This document shows positions 26,257 to 36,600 of a DNA stretch of 64,000 bases, one piece after another. Source of the stretch: a virus; the IMG/VR virus record IMGVR_UViG_3300027833_000017; one strand, 5' to 3'. Numbering within the stretch: the stretch's first letter is position 1; the number at the start of each line of letters is the position of its first letter. Both the position numbers and the translations under genes were made by a program. Below the pieces are notes generated by a model. That model was not told the DNA's origin, did no database searches, and saw only the letters and a list, made by a program, of their open reading frames with translations.

Positions 26257-26597
26257 GAGGATTATTAGGAGGAATGTTATTGTTCTTGGCAGGGCAAACA
26301 TTAATTTGGTTTCAAACTAACGGTCAATTCCTAAGTCCATGGGCAAAAAAGAATCCGTTGATAATAAGTGTTTTAGGTGGCACTGTTATTAGTTATATGT
26401 TTATTAAAGCGACTGCATTAATTGCAGGATATTATGATGGTGCACTATGGCCTGGAAGATTTATAGGATTTTCTATGGGAATTACTTCTTTTGCATTCTT
26501 AACTTGGTACTTCTTAAATGAAGGTATTAATATTAAGACTGCAGTTTCACTTTGTTTAGCATTCGCACTTATTGCGGTTCAATTATTTTGGAAATGA
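26253..26597 (+). CDS. Small 4-TM membrane protein
   Basis: Four hydrophobic segments; TTG start overlaps rnhB stop. Confidence 0.65.
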   Translation: MRGLLGGMLLFLAGQTLIWFQTNGQFLSPWAKKNPLIISVLGGTVISYMFIKATALIAGYYDGALWPGRFIGFSMGITSFAFLTWYFLNEGINIKTAVSLCLAFALIAVQLFWK

Positions 26598-26848
26598 AAA
26601 AATTAAAATTACCTTGGTTAGAAAATGATAAACCAACCAATGTTGTGGTTTACAGAAAACAAAAGAATAGTAACACATATTATATGATAGTCACTAACAT
26701 TCACGTTGATGTTATTAATAACGGAAGAGCAACAAAGCCAATAGTAGATCATAAATATGAAATCGTAGAATTAGGAATTGGTTTTAATTTTATAGAAGAA
26801 TGGGCTACAAAATATAGTATAAAAACACCAAAGGTTTTGGTTAAATAA
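26594..26848 (+). CDS. Hypothetical protein
   Basis: Likely start MKKLKLP at an ATGA overlap. Confidence 0.6.
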   Translation: MKKLKLPWLENDKPTNVVVYRKQKNSNTYYMIVTNIHVDVINNGRATKPIVDHKYEIVELGIGFNFIEEWATKYSIKTPKVLVK

Positions 26849-26853
26849 ATTTT

Positions 26854-27081
26854 ATGAAAAGATCAATTAATATTATTAGCACTTGGATAGGCGTATTGTT
26901 AGGATTAGTTATAATAGCAACTGTATTGACAATACCAACACAATATTTGTGGAACACATGTTTAGTTCCGGCAATAGACGGCATAAATGCTATAGGATTT
27001 TGGCAAGCACTGGGACTTAATGTGTTATCTACTATTTTATTTAAGGGTTCCGGTACTCCTAAAACTAATCCCGAAAAATAA
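26854..27081 (+). CDS. Small membrane protein
   Basis: Hydrophobic helices; LWN...IGFWQALGL motif. Confidence 0.65.
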   Translation: MKRSINIISTWIGVLLGLVIIATVLTIPTQYLWNTCLVPAIDGINAIGFWQALGLNVLSTILFKGSGTPKTNPEK

Positions 27082-27098
27082 ATTAAAAAAAGTGCTCT

Positions 27099-27147
27099 CA
27101 GATTTTTTTATGTCGTTTATTTGTGGTATATTAGTACTATAATTAAA
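27099..27147 (+). promoter_or_regulatory. Conserved putative early promoter, copy 2
   Basis: cagatttttttatgtcgtttatttgtggtatattagtactataatt. Confidence 0.75.
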
Positions 27148-27158
27148 AAGCGAAAGAT

Positions 27159-27419
27159 ATGAGTTATACAAGATTTGACAGACATAGCTGTTTTACTTCA
27201 GAAATGAGAACTATGACAATGGACATTATCAATGCCACTGAAAACGACGAGTTTACAAACATGGCCTATGGGCTTTTTGACGGATATTTATATGATGATC
27301 TTTTACATAAGGCTATAAAATTAGGCGTGAGTAAAGATATAGAAAATAAAATCAAAGGCTTGATCAAAGCTATTGAGATGTATTTACTTTTAACAAAACC
27401 AACAATAAAAAATACATAA
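27159..27419 (+). CDS. Hypothetical protein
   Basis: 86-aa ORF after the promoter repeat. Confidence 0.65.
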   Translation: MSYTRFDRHSCFTSEMRTMTMDIINATENDEFTNMAYGLFDGYLYDDLLHKAIKLGVSKDIENKIKGLIKAIEMYLLLTKPTIKNT

Positions 27420-27420
27420 T

Positions 27421-27888
27421 ATGACAGCAAAGAAAATAATGTACTTAGATATGGACGGAGTATTAGTTGATATATTTAAAGCGTGCGAAACAAAATATGG
27501 TAAAGACTTAGTTCCAAATATAGGTGAAATTCTAGATGCGGATCCTGAATTATTCTATGAAGCTGAGCCAATTCCTGGAGCTATTGAAGCTTTTAATAAA
27601 TTAGTAGAAGTGTTCGACGTTTATTTATTAACGACAGCGCCATGGGAAAGTTTAGGTTCTGTTAAGGCTAAAAGAATGTGGGTTAGAAAATACTTAGGAA
27701 AGCCTGCATATAAAAGAATAATTACTAGTCATCATAAAAATCTAATGATCGGCGATTACTTAATCGATGATAGAACAGTCAATGGTGCTGGTGAATTTAA
27801 AGGCGAACTAATTCAATTTGGTACAGAAACTTTTCCAGATTGGGATACAGTACTTAACTATTTAAAAATTAAACAAGATGATATTTAA
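27421..27888 (+). CDS. 5'(3')-deoxyribonucleotidase (NT5C-type HAD)
   Basis: YLDMDGVLVD, LTTAPW, K..W, GDYLIDD, FPDW. Confidence 0.9.
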   Translation: MTAKKIMYLDMDGVLVDIFKACETKYGKDLVPNIGEILDADPELFYEAEPIPGAIEAFNKLVEVFDVYLLTTAPWESLGSVKAKRMWVRKYLGKPAYKRIITSHHKNLMIGDYLIDDRTVNGAGEFKGELIQFGTETFPDWDTVLNYLKIKQDDI

Positions 27889-28120
27889 AGAAAATACTGA
27901 CGCACTTTTTGATACACACAAAAAAACAAATAAGGTTACATTATCTTGTACTAATGAAATACAAATTGAAGGTGCTAGAAATTTTATAGAAAACTTTAGG
28001 AGTTGGTTGTCGTATTTTGAATGCGAAGACGAGATACAAACAAATCTATTAAAAGAAATAATAGACGATGTTGAAATAACTTTTAGAAAGAAGCATCAGG
28101 AAATTGTTCGTAACTTTTAA
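27878..28120 (+). CDS. Hypothetical protein
   Basis: 80-aa overlapping ORF. Confidence 0.55.
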   Translation: MIFKENTDALFDTHKKTNKVTLSCTNEIQIEGARNFIENFRSWLSYFECEDEIQTNLLKEIIDDVEITFRKKHQEIVRNF

Positions 28121-28133
28121 AAATAAAACACGT

Positions 28134-28181
28134 CAGATTTTTTTATATCAATTATTTGTGGTATATTAGTAGTATAATAAA
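28134..28181 (+). promoter_or_regulatory. Conserved putative early promoter, copy 3
   Basis: cagatttttttatatcaattatttgtggtatattagtagtataat. Confidence 0.75.
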
Positions 28182-28191
28182 AGTTAAAAAT

Positions 28192-28590
28192 ATGAGTAAA
28201 TTTAATGTAAATGAAGTAAGATGTAACGGAGTCGGTGGCTCAGGTTATCAAGCAGTTCTTAAACACAAAGCTGCAATCCAAGAAATTTGTCAAGAAGTTA
28301 GAGATCTTATAGGTATTGAAAAACTATGGGAACTAGCAACCGTAGAACCTAATGTTGATTATCATCAGGGAACAAGATTTAATTCTGTAGAAGACAACAC
28401 ATATAGACTTGTTACTGGAATTGCCAGTCACGTCTCGGAATATCTTCCAACAAGCGAGTTGATCGAGATGCACGTAGGAGCTGTTCTATTGATGTTAACG
28501 ATGGAAGATAAAGTAACACTTGTTGCCGATGCATGCAGAGACTGCGCAAGCGCAGATCATTGGTACACATTTGAAAAAGATTGGGGATAA
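28192..28590 (+). CDS. Hypothetical protein
   Basis: True start MSKF at 28192; the track start lies inside the promoter repeat. Confidence 0.65.
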   Translation: MSKFNVNEVRCNGVGGSGYQAVLKHKAAIQEICQEVRDLIGIEKLWELATVEPNVDYHQGTRFNSVEDNTYRLVTGIASHVSEYLPTSELIEMHVGAVLLMLTMEDKVTLVADACRDCASADHWYTFEKDWG

Positions 28591-28591
28591 G

Positions 28592-28804
28592 ATGACTATT
28601 GAAGAAAGATACAATCGTATAGACTCTGCGCCATATGTTATATTTCAAGATGACAAAACAGTTCATACTGTTGAAAGTATAGAAATATTTGAAGATATGG
28701 TCATTGTAGAAACAAATACAGGTTGGTTATTCAATGATATGGATTTATTTACCTTAGAAGAAATGGTGGATATTGAAGAAAAAATAAAAGATTTATTAAA
28801 ATAA
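28592..28804 (+). CDS. Hypothetical protein
   Basis: Start MTIEE 1 nt after the upstream stop. Confidence 0.6.
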   Translation: MTIEERYNRIDSAPYVIFQDDKTVHTVESIEIFEDMVIVETNTGWLFNDMDLFTLEEMVDIEEKIKDLLK

Positions 28805-28811
28805 ACGCACA

Positions 28812-28856
28812 AATACTTTTTTATGTCAAATATTTGTGGTATATTAGTAGTATAAA
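28812..28856 (+). promoter_or_regulatory. Conserved putative early promoter, copy 4
   Basis: acttttttatgtcaaatatttgtggtatattagtagtataa. Confidence 0.7.
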
Positions 28857-28866
28857 AACAAAGGAA

Positions 28867-29334
28867 ATGAAAAAAGTAATATTTGATTTAGATGGAACAT
28901 TGGCTCTCATCGATAAGCGAAGAGCTATTTCTACGAAGGACAATGGCAAAATGGATTGGGACACTTTCTTTGATCCTAAGAACATTGATCTTGATCAACC
29001 ACACGATGCTGTAATTAAGATGGCTCAAATGTTGAGTGACGCAGGACACATGATTGTTATTTTTAGTGGTAGATCTAAAGCAACTAAAGATGCAACTAAA
29101 ACATGGCTAAACAAATTCGATGTGCCATTTGATGTATTGAAGATGAGACCAACTGGTAAAGATTTTAAGTTTATGCCAGATGACGATCTTAAGAAGAAAT
29201 GGTTTAATGACTTATTTCCAACGCAAGGTCATGTTGACGATGTAGTTTGTGTATTTGACGATAGACAGAAAGTAGTTGATATGTGGAGAGATATGGGTTT
29301 AACTTGTATGCAAGTTGCACCTGGTAATTTTTAA
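28867..29334 (+). CDS. HAD phosphatase similar to the 3'-phosphatase domain of T4 polynucleotide kinase
   Basis: IFDLDGTLA, FSGR, LKMRP, VFDDRQKVVDMWR. Confidence 0.85.
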   Translation: MKKVIFDLDGTLALIDKRRAISTKDNGKMDWDTFFDPKNIDLDQPHDAVIKMAQMLSDAGHMIVIFSGRSKATKDATKTWLNKFDVPFDVLKMRPTGKDFKFMPDDDLKKKWFNDLFPTQGHVDDVVCVFDDRQKVVDMWRDMGLTCMQVAPGNF

Positions 29335-29348
29335 TAAAAATAAAAGAT

Positions 29349-29636
29349 ATGAAATTTAAAGATTTAAAATTTAAGAAACAACATCACGGCGGCGTAGGAG
29401 CTATTGCAAAGTTTAAAGAAGTTACAGTGAGTATTCAAGCAGGTAAGTTTGTTTATAGTACTCCACGTGAAGATGGGTTAGACTCTACACAATACGCTTC
29501 ATTTGAAGTTGCTATATTTAAAAATTCTGAGGGTGGTGGTTTTGTCACCGATAAATTTTTAAATACTGATGGTGATGAAGTTGCTGGATGGACTTCTAAG
29601 AAAGACGTTGAAAACCTTTTACAAAAATTAAAATAA
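29349..29636 (+). CDS. Hypothetical protein
   Basis: 95-aa ORF. Confidence 0.65.
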   Translation: MKFKDLKFKKQHHGGVGAIAKFKEVTVSIQAGKFVYSTPREDGLDSTQYASFEVAIFKNSEGGGFVTDKFLNTDGDEVAGWTSKKDVENLLQKLK

Positions 29637-29866
29637 TGGGAGCAGAAGGATTATTTTTAACAATTTTCTTAGGAGTATTTGCATTCGTAATGGGATGGAT
29701 GAAAGGTTGTGAAGACGAGCAATCAAGAATTAGAGATGCTTTTAGATCAGAAGATTATACGTATAGTGGATTTTTAGATGTTCTTGAAAAATACGAAGAA
29801 GAGAAGGAAGCCGCTAGATATTGGGCTAAACACGAAAAAAAGAAAAGAAAAAGAAAAAACAAATAA
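29636..29866 (+). CDS. Hypothetical membrane-anchored protein
   Basis: N-terminal TM helix, basic tail. Confidence 0.6.
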   Translation: MGAEGLFLTIFLGVFAFVMGWMKGCEDEQSRIRDAFRSEDYTYSGFLDVLEKYEEEKEAARYWAKHEKKKRKRKNK

Positions 29867-29867
29867 T

Positions 29868-30230
29868 ATGATTAAGGATATACAACCTCAAATTCCCTTA
29901 ACTAAAGACGAGAAAGGTAATCTACAAATTGACAATGAATTTATTGATCTTTTTTACAAAGAAACCGAAAGAAATTGGAAATTGGTAAGAGAGCGAGATG
30001 GTATGACTAAATATTCAAGAGATGTATTATGGGTAGAGTGGCAAGAGGATGGTACATTTAAAGAGCAGTTTAAAGAAATTGCAATAGGACGAAGTTTGAT
30101 TATGTCGCCGTTCAACGAATATTATACGTGGATGACAACAGTGTTAACAGAGATTTTAGGATCTGATGAAACGTTTGTTAAATTTAGAACCGACAATTCA
30201 ATATACACATTATACAAAATAAATGAGTAG
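29868..30230 (+). CDS. Hypothetical protein
   Basis: Likely start MIKDIQ 1 nt after the upstream stop. Confidence 0.6.
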   Translation: MIKDIQPQIPLTKDEKGNLQIDNEFIDLFYKETERNWKLVRERDGMTKYSRDVLWVEWQEDGTFKEQFKEIAIGRSLIMSPFNEYYTWMTTVLTEILGSDETFVKFRTDNSIYTLYKINE

Positions 30231-30816
30231 ACAATTTACATGGTGGCGCAGATTTCATGGAGTTGTTAAATTGCCCAAGAAATATTTATTTAAAGGTGCA
30301 AGTGAGCTTCAACAAAGAATAGAATTTGGTGAATATGAATTCAATCATTTAGGCAGAGAAGTATACTTAGAAGAAAAGATTTATGAAGCTAAAGTAGAGG
30401 CTATTAAAAAGGAAAGTCCTTGGTTAAATGATGAAACTCTAATCGAAGCCATTGATTATGATAGAAAACAATATAATAAGCGTAAATCTATTATGATGAA
30501 AAATCATTTAGAAATAGAACAAAAGCTTCTTTGGAAATTGGCTGAAGATTTAGCCAAGGAATTTGACATGACAAAGGAAAGAGTTTCAGATATAATGGAA
30601 ATATTTGATGGTAACACTAGAGATTTATATTTTAAATGTAAAAGTATTGCGCTAGGTAAAAAGTTTGATCCAGAAAAAATGCAAAGATTTGTTAACGAAC
30701 AACCGCGACATATTCTAAAACCCAAAGAAAGAAAATACATTATGCTTTGGACAAAGCTAATCAAAGAACATGATTGGAAAAAGTATTTAAACTGGGAACA
30801 ATTAAACAATTCATAA
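30223..30816 (+). CDS. Hypothetical protein
   Basis: 197-aa overlapping ORF. Confidence 0.65.
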   Translation: MSRQFTWWRRFHGVVKLPKKYLFKGASELQQRIEFGEYEFNHLGREVYLEEKIYEAKVEAIKKESPWLNDETLIEAIDYDRKQYNKRKSIMMKNHLEIEQKLLWKLAEDLAKEFDMTKERVSDIMEIFDGNTRDLYFKCKSIALGKKFDPEKMQRFVNEQPRHILKPKERKYIMLWTKLIKEHDWKKYLNWEQLNNS

Positions 30817-30829
30817 AAACCACATATAA
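30803..30829 (+). promoter_or_regulatory. Putative middle promoter TAAAC-N17-TATAA
   Basis: Exact 17-nt spacer; upstream of the uvsE operon. Confidence 0.55.
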
Positions 30830-30834
30830 CTTAA

Positions 30835-31038
30835 GTGACTATTGGTACTCTTTCATATTATATTTTATTTGGTGTCATTGTAAATGCACTATACGATTTC
30901 TTAATTTCTACAATAGATAGAGAAGATCTAAGATTTAGTATGCTCGAAAGAATTTTAATAGGTCTTTTTTGGCCAGCGTATTTGGTATTACTTGTTATTA
31001 ACTTTATAATAAAATACATAAATGGAAAAAATAAATAA
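30835..31038 (+). CDS. Small 2-TM membrane protein
   Basis: Two hydrophobic helices, LFWP motif; GTG start. Confidence 0.6.
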   Translation: MTIGTLSYYILFGVIVNALYDFLISTIDREDLRFSMLERILIGLFWPAYLVLLVINFIIKYINGKNK

Positions 31039-31954
31039 TTACGGATATTGCTGTATCAATACTACTTTGCAGAAATCTGAAAAAGTTACTACTAATCGTA
31101 GCATGATTAAGCGTACGTTTGCAGCTAAAGGTATTGAGTATGCATCAGAGCTTGCATTATTAAATGTAAAAGATTTAGTTAAAGTAATTAATTGGAATAA
31201 TCGCAATGACATCAAACTCTTTCGTATTAGTTCTGATATGTTTCCATGGATGAGTGAGTATGAATTGTCTGATTTACCAGATTATAATAAAATCGTAAAT
31301 GTTCTTAAAGGTGCCGGTAAAATTGCGATGGATAATGGTCAACGTTTAACATTTCACCCTGGACCATTCGATGTATTAGCATCGCTTACACAACGAGTAG
31401 TTGACAAATGTATTATTGATCTCAACAAACATGGTGAAATTATGGATTTACTTGGCTTACCAAGAGATCACTCTGCACCAATCAATATACATGTCAATAC
31501 TACACAAGGTGGTAAAGACGAAGCAATGCAAAGATTTGTAGATAATTTCAAATTACTTGACGATTCTGTACGTACTCGATTAGTTGTAGAAAACGATGAC
31601 AAAGAAAGTCAGTACACGACCGAAGATCTATATGAAGGTGTATTTAGTAAAGTTGGTGTTCCTATCACATTCGATTATCACCATCATTGGTGTCATCCAG
31701 GTACATTATCACAAGAAGAAGCACTTAAACTTGCAGCTAAATCTTGGCCAAAGGGTATCAAACAATTAGTACACTATTCTTCATGTCAACAAGTACATGA
31801 AGATGAGACTCAAACAAATAAGCGTGCACATGCAGATTATATCTATGAGTATATAGAAACATATGGCTTATATCTAGATATCGAGCTAGAAGTAAAAGCA
31901 AAAGAATTGGCTCTACAAAAATATTTGAAACAATATCAATTAGAGTTAGTATAA
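31022..31954 (+). CDS. uvsE: UV DNA damage endonuclease
   Basis: GYCCIN, LFRISS, RLTFHPG, RLVVENDD, FDYHHH, HYS, HAD, LEVKAKE. Confidence 0.92.
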   Translation: MEKINNYGYCCINTTLQKSEKVTTNRSMIKRTFAAKGIEYASELALLNVKDLVKVINWNNRNDIKLFRISSDMFPWMSEYELSDLPDYNKIVNVLKGAGKIAMDNGQRLTFHPGPFDVLASLTQRVVDKCIIDLNKHGEIMDLLGLPRDHSAPINIHVNTTQGGKDEAMQRFVDNFKLLDDSVRTRLVVENDDKESQYTTEDLYEGVFSKVGVPITFDYHHHWCHPGTLSQEEALKLAAKSWPKGIKQLVHYSSCQQVHEDETQTNKRAHADYIYEYIETYGLYLDIELEVKAKELALQKYLKQYQLELV

Positions 31955-31972
31955 CCATTATAAAATTAGTAT

Positions 31973-32179
31973 ATGAAAAAAATTAAAAATGTATTGAGCA
32001 AATTGTCTAACAGAGCAATCGGCGTACAAGGAACATTATTCTTAGTATTTGCTATTGTATCATTGTGTATGGGCCAAGAATCTACCAGGTTTTGGATGTT
32101 TATGATAGCATCTATTGTATTTAGCGCATTACAGACAATCATTGATCAATTAAAAGAATTAAATAACAACAAATTATGA
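31973..32179 (+). CDS. Small membrane protein
   Basis: Two hydrophobic helices. Confidence 0.6.
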   Translation: MKKIKNVLSKLSNRAIGVQGTLFLVFAIVSLCMGQESTRFWMFMIASIVFSALQTIIDQLKELNNNKL

Positions 32180-32421
32180 GTTTAAAAGTAGACGCTCTTA
32201 GAGCTAAGTATGTCGCTATGAGATTAGAGGCAATTGCAACATTAGAAGTGTATTCTAAAAATGCAGTGGGAATTGGTGAACACCCACAAGTCATTGAAGA
32301 AATGGATAAATTGGTAAGAACAATAACCGATGCAAATGGGTATTTAGAAGTTCTAGATCAAATTTTCGTTGATAGTGACGAAGGCACACAAGTAGGCAAA
32401 ACTGGTCAAGTAAACGGTTAA
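32176..32421 (+). CDS. Phage hypothetical protein
   Basis: VGIGEHP motif seen in small proteins of marine T4-like phages. Confidence 0.7.
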   Translation: MSLKVDALRAKYVAMRLEAIATLEVYSKNAVGIGEHPQVIEEMDKLVRTITDANGYLEVLDQIFVDSDEGTQVGKTGQVNG

Positions 32422-32441
32422 TAAAGTCCCAACTAACCATG

Positions 32442-32473
32442 AAAATGAGGTTCTAACGAACCTCATTTTTTTT
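32442..32473 (+). terminator. Intrinsic terminator
   Basis: aaaatgaggttc-taac-gaacctcatttttttt. Confidence 0.9.
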
Positions 32474-32499
32474 GCTTTAAAGTACGGTTAAATTTAAAT

Positions 32500-32507
32500 G
32501 ATATATA
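32500..32507 (+). promoter_or_regulatory. Putative late promoter GATATATA, 4 nt before ATG
   Basis: GATATATA-atac-ATG(32512), right after a terminator. Confidence 0.6.
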
Positions 32508-32511
32508 ATAC

Positions 32512-33210
32512 ATGAAACATATTAGAACATATGAAAGTTTTATTGGTGAAGGAAGATCTGCATATGATGGATTAGCTTCCAAATTAACTAAAGCTATATT
32601 CAATAAATGGGTTAAATCATATAAAGGTGGGAACGCTACTATAAATTATGGAGACCAAATTGAAGAGAGAGGTTTAGAATTTGATATTGAGGCTACTATT
32701 CATATTGATAAAAAATATGAAGGATTTCAAGTATTAGATTCAACAGGTGCAGATGGTAGAGACGATGATGATCACGGTGACTTTCAAACACCTTATATTA
32801 TTATAGACTTTGCTTTAAATCCTGAGTGGATTCCAGGAGAATGGTCAATGGTATATTTTCATTTAGCAGATGTAGTTCGTCATGAAATGGAACATATTAC
32901 ACAAGACGGAATTGACACCGGAAATTATAGAAAAGGTAAACCTAATGAAGATGATAGTGAACTAAGAGCCTATATAAAAATAGGACTTTTACCAAAATCT
33001 CAATATCTAATGCTACCTAAAGAAGTGGATGCTAATTTACAAGGATTAAGATATGAAGCTAAGAAGAGAAAGGAAAACATGAGCGATACTGTTGGTAGAT
33101 ATTTAGATACACAACAGGAACAAGGTGTTATTAATGACGAAGAAAGAGAACAAGTATTAGATCTCTGGAGACGAAGAGCAGCAAAAATAGGAGGTATACC
33201 GAAATTTTAA
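32512..33210 (+). CDS. HExxH zincin-like metallopeptidase with capsid-targeting-like N-terminus
   Basis: MKHIRTYESFIGE; VVRHEMEHITQ and downstream PKEVDA. Confidence 0.7.
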   Translation: MKHIRTYESFIGEGRSAYDGLASKLTKAIFNKWVKSYKGGNATINYGDQIEERGLEFDIEATIHIDKKYEGFQVLDSTGADGRDDDDHGDFQTPYIIIDFALNPEWIPGEWSMVYFHLADVVRHEMEHITQDGIDTGNYRKGKPNEDDSELRAYIKIGLLPKSQYLMLPKEVDANLQGLRYEAKKRKENMSDTVGRYLDTQQEQGVINDEEREQVLDLWRRRAAKIGGIPKF

Positions 33211-33211
33211 T

Positions 33212-33667
33212 ATGAAATATATAAAACTATTCGAGGAGTTTACGGCAAACAAAGTATCTTGTGATAACTGTGGTTGGTCTTGGGAAATAGAAGAGGGTGG
33301 ACACGATGTGTTTATTTGTCATAAATGTAATCATGATAATACACCTATTTTAGGAGAACAATTCATCTTACAAGAATTAGAAGATCAATTCAATATAGAA
33401 TTAGATTTATATGATAATGGTAAGTACCTACAGCTTAGTAAAATAAAAGTAAAAAAAGAGGATCGTGATAAAGGGATCGGTTCTAAGGTTATGTCAAGAA
33501 TTACTGACTATGCTGACACACAAAATTTAAAAATATATCTAACACCTTCTAAAGATTTTGGAGCAACTTCTATTTCTAGATTAAATAAGTTTTATAAAAA
33601 CTTTGATTTTGTCAAGAATACGGATAAGAGCCAAACTAAAGACACTATGGTTAGATTACCAAAATAA
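33212..33667 (+). CDS. Zn-ribbon + GNAT acetyltransferase with capsid-targeting-like N-terminus
   Basis: MKYIKLFEEF; CDNC..CHKC; IKVKKEDRDKGIGS (acetyl-CoA motif A); FYKNFDF. Confidence 0.75.
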   Translation: MKYIKLFEEFTANKVSCDNCGWSWEIEEGGHDVFICHKCNHDNTPILGEQFILQELEDQFNIELDLYDNGKYLQLSKIKVKKEDRDKGIGSKVMSRITDYADTQNLKIYLTPSKDFGATSISRLNKFYKNFDFVKNTDKSQTKDTMVRLPK

Positions 33668-33677
33668 TAAAAACAAC

Positions 33678-36600
33678 ATGAGCAATTTTAACGATTTCCT
33701 AGGAGCGCAAGCTGCAAAACTAAATATGACAAGAGAAGAGTATACCTCATATTATTTGTCAGAAGCAAAACCAGGTCCAAAACCATATCATAGAGGGTTA
33801 GACGATAATGAGATTGAAGATAAAAAAGATCAGATAAAAAAACAATCAGATATGGATGACGATGATTCTGATGCATATAAAGAAATGCCAGGTGATAAAG
33901 AAGCTAGAAAAAAAGGTGAAGTTAAAACATCTAAACATGTAAAGAAATATCATGAATTATATGGTGATAAAAAAGACGAGTCGGTAGACGAAGCAACATT
34001 TAGACCAAACTCAGGCACTATGAGTGGAGGTACATATAATTTAGATAATAGAAAATATGAATTAAAAAAAGATGTTGAAGGTGTTCAAATTGGCAATTAT
34101 ACAAATATAGTGTTACCAAAGGGAACTATCATATACAACATTCCAGGCGGTGTGTTTGCAGATCACTCTTCATTAAAAAGATATGAGAACAGAAGTAACA
34201 AATATTTTAACAAATCGACATTCAAGGGAATTTCTATTATAAGAAAAAAAGAAACTATTTTTTCAATAGATAAAAATTCAAAGATATTAGAATCATTTGA
34301 ATCTTTTAAAAATGAAAAATTAGACAAGTCATTTGACATAGATTCTGCTATAGTAGCTAATGAAGGTTTAAGTAAATCTGCTATTAAGAAAATGGTTAAA
34401 GTTATTGATAAACAAATTGATACTGAAACCGGCGGAGATGGCGAACCATTGGATAATGAAACTCTTCAAGCTCTAGAGCAAGAAAGAGAAAGATTATTAG
34501 CAATGAATGAGGGCAAAACTATATCTTCTTCTAAAATATCAATGATGGGTGCAAAGATTCTTAACAAGATTAACATTGGTACTATATTTGATACAGAAGA
34601 TGGAGAATATGAAATTACAGATTATGGTCGACAGGCAAATGCATTTAAAGAATTTGAAGCGGAACATAATGGTAAAAAAGTAAAAGTAAAATTAACAGCA
34701 ATGTACGGTGTTACGTTAGAAGTAACTGACGATGTACGTAGCGCTAGATTTAATAAAGAAGTGAGACTAAATTCTATTATTTTAGAATCTGCCAATGAAG
34801 CAACTAGTGTTGAATCAGTAGTTAATGAGTTTTATTTTGAGAATGATGAAGAAGAAAGATTACAAAAATTCGTAGATCAACTTTCTTTTGGAGATGAACT
34901 AGAATACAGAGATGGTTTTTCTACAGGTCGTGGAAGCTTTCCAAATACAAGAGAACTTAAAAAGGAATTAGATTCTAATTTTCAATTATTACTAACTCAA
35001 AAATCAGGTAGAAATTGGGATCTTTATGTTGGTAGTGATGATTTAGTTTTTCTTATACAGCCAGATTTAGGTGCAAAGAATTATATACAAATTTCAATAA
35101 GTAGTACTAAAGAACAGTGGAACGATGAGTCTAATGTTTTTGCTAGATCTAATGGATATTTAGTATATGAATCAGTAGTTACTGAAGCTAAAGAAGAGCC
35201 AATTGTTGCATTACTAAAACTTGGTTTATTCGCTTCAAAGGGAACCGGTGAGAAAGAGTTACTAAGACTTTCTGATGATTTTGAAGAAATAGGTGATGAA
35301 CAAGCTGACGAAATAGCAAGCCATCTGAATATGGCAATTGAATTATTTCAAGATGGATATTCTAAAGCTGCAGTACCGCACTTTAAGAAATTTAACAAGG
35401 CATGTAAAGATGAACTAGCTCTAATGAAAAAGCAAGGATTAGCCGAATCAGAAGTTAATGAAGAGAAAATCAAGTATGCTAAAGGAAAAACATATCAGTC
35501 TTCTGGTCATTGGACTGTAGTTGTTGATAGTAATTCTAGTGGTTTAGATATTAGAGTTAATCATTCGGCTGGTTGGAGATTAGATCCACATGATGAAAAA
35601 GAAGAAACTTTTGAATTATTAGATAATGGAAGACAAAGAGCTACGTTATATTTTAAATCAGGTAATATCGATAAGTTTGCTAAGCAGATGTTCGATCTTA
35701 ATGATAGAACCACTCATGGAAATGCAACTAAATTAACTGCTAAAGATTATGCAGATATTATTAGAGTTTGGATCGACATGAGAAAGGCCAATGAAGGTAA
35801 TTATAATTTAGAAGATATCTATGATTTAATATCGCATCATAGATTTAATAAAGATTATGAAAAGCTTTCTTCTAAAGACAAAGAGTGGATACAGAATGAT
35901 GCTGAAGAAAGAGGATTCGTAGAGTCTTTATCACCTAGATTTTTTAATTCTTTATTAAAAACATTAAATGAAGATTTAATTACAGAAAGTAGAGTGCCTA
36001 ATTTTAAATTCGGCAAAAAGTTACAATATAATACAGATGACATCAATCAAATGTATGGATTTTGGGGAACTTTAGATGTTCATATGGACTCTTATGAGAT
36101 TGAAGAAATATGGAACGATGTGTGGGGAATATTGACAAAGGGTTGGAAGTTCTCAGACGCTGGAGCTTTATATTATTTAAACGCAAAAGCTGGTAGATGG
36201 TTAGCAGATAAAGTATGGAATGATATTAATTCTCAGATTTCTCAACCAGATGCTATCGATATGATTTTATCTGATTATGCTAGACCATCTAAATGGAAAG
36301 CGTGGGCTAAAGAATATAATGAGTTTGCTCAAGAAGAATTAGCAGAATGTGTTATTTTAGAAAAGGCTGAAGGTGATAGAGGTCCAATTAATGATCCTAA
36401 AATTGAAAAAGCACTTAAGACAAAATCAGAAGAAACCGGTGTACCAATTGGAATTATTAGAATTATTATGAGAAGAGGAATGGCGGCATGGAAAACTGGT
36501 CATAGGCCGGGTGCAACTGAACAACAATGGGGATATGCTCGAGTAAATGCATTTTTAACAAAAGGTAAAGGAACTTGGGGAGATGCTGACAAAGATGTTG

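Noticed and set aside
22193-28856. Dispersed 47-bp repeats as CRISPR, IS ends or att sites
   Set aside because: Irregular kb-scale spacing, same orientation, always just upstream of ATG, no transposase or integrase
28156-28866. Shared N-terminus MWYISS in two track ORFs
   Set aside because: Artefact of calling TTG starts inside the promoter repeat; true starts are 28192 and 28867
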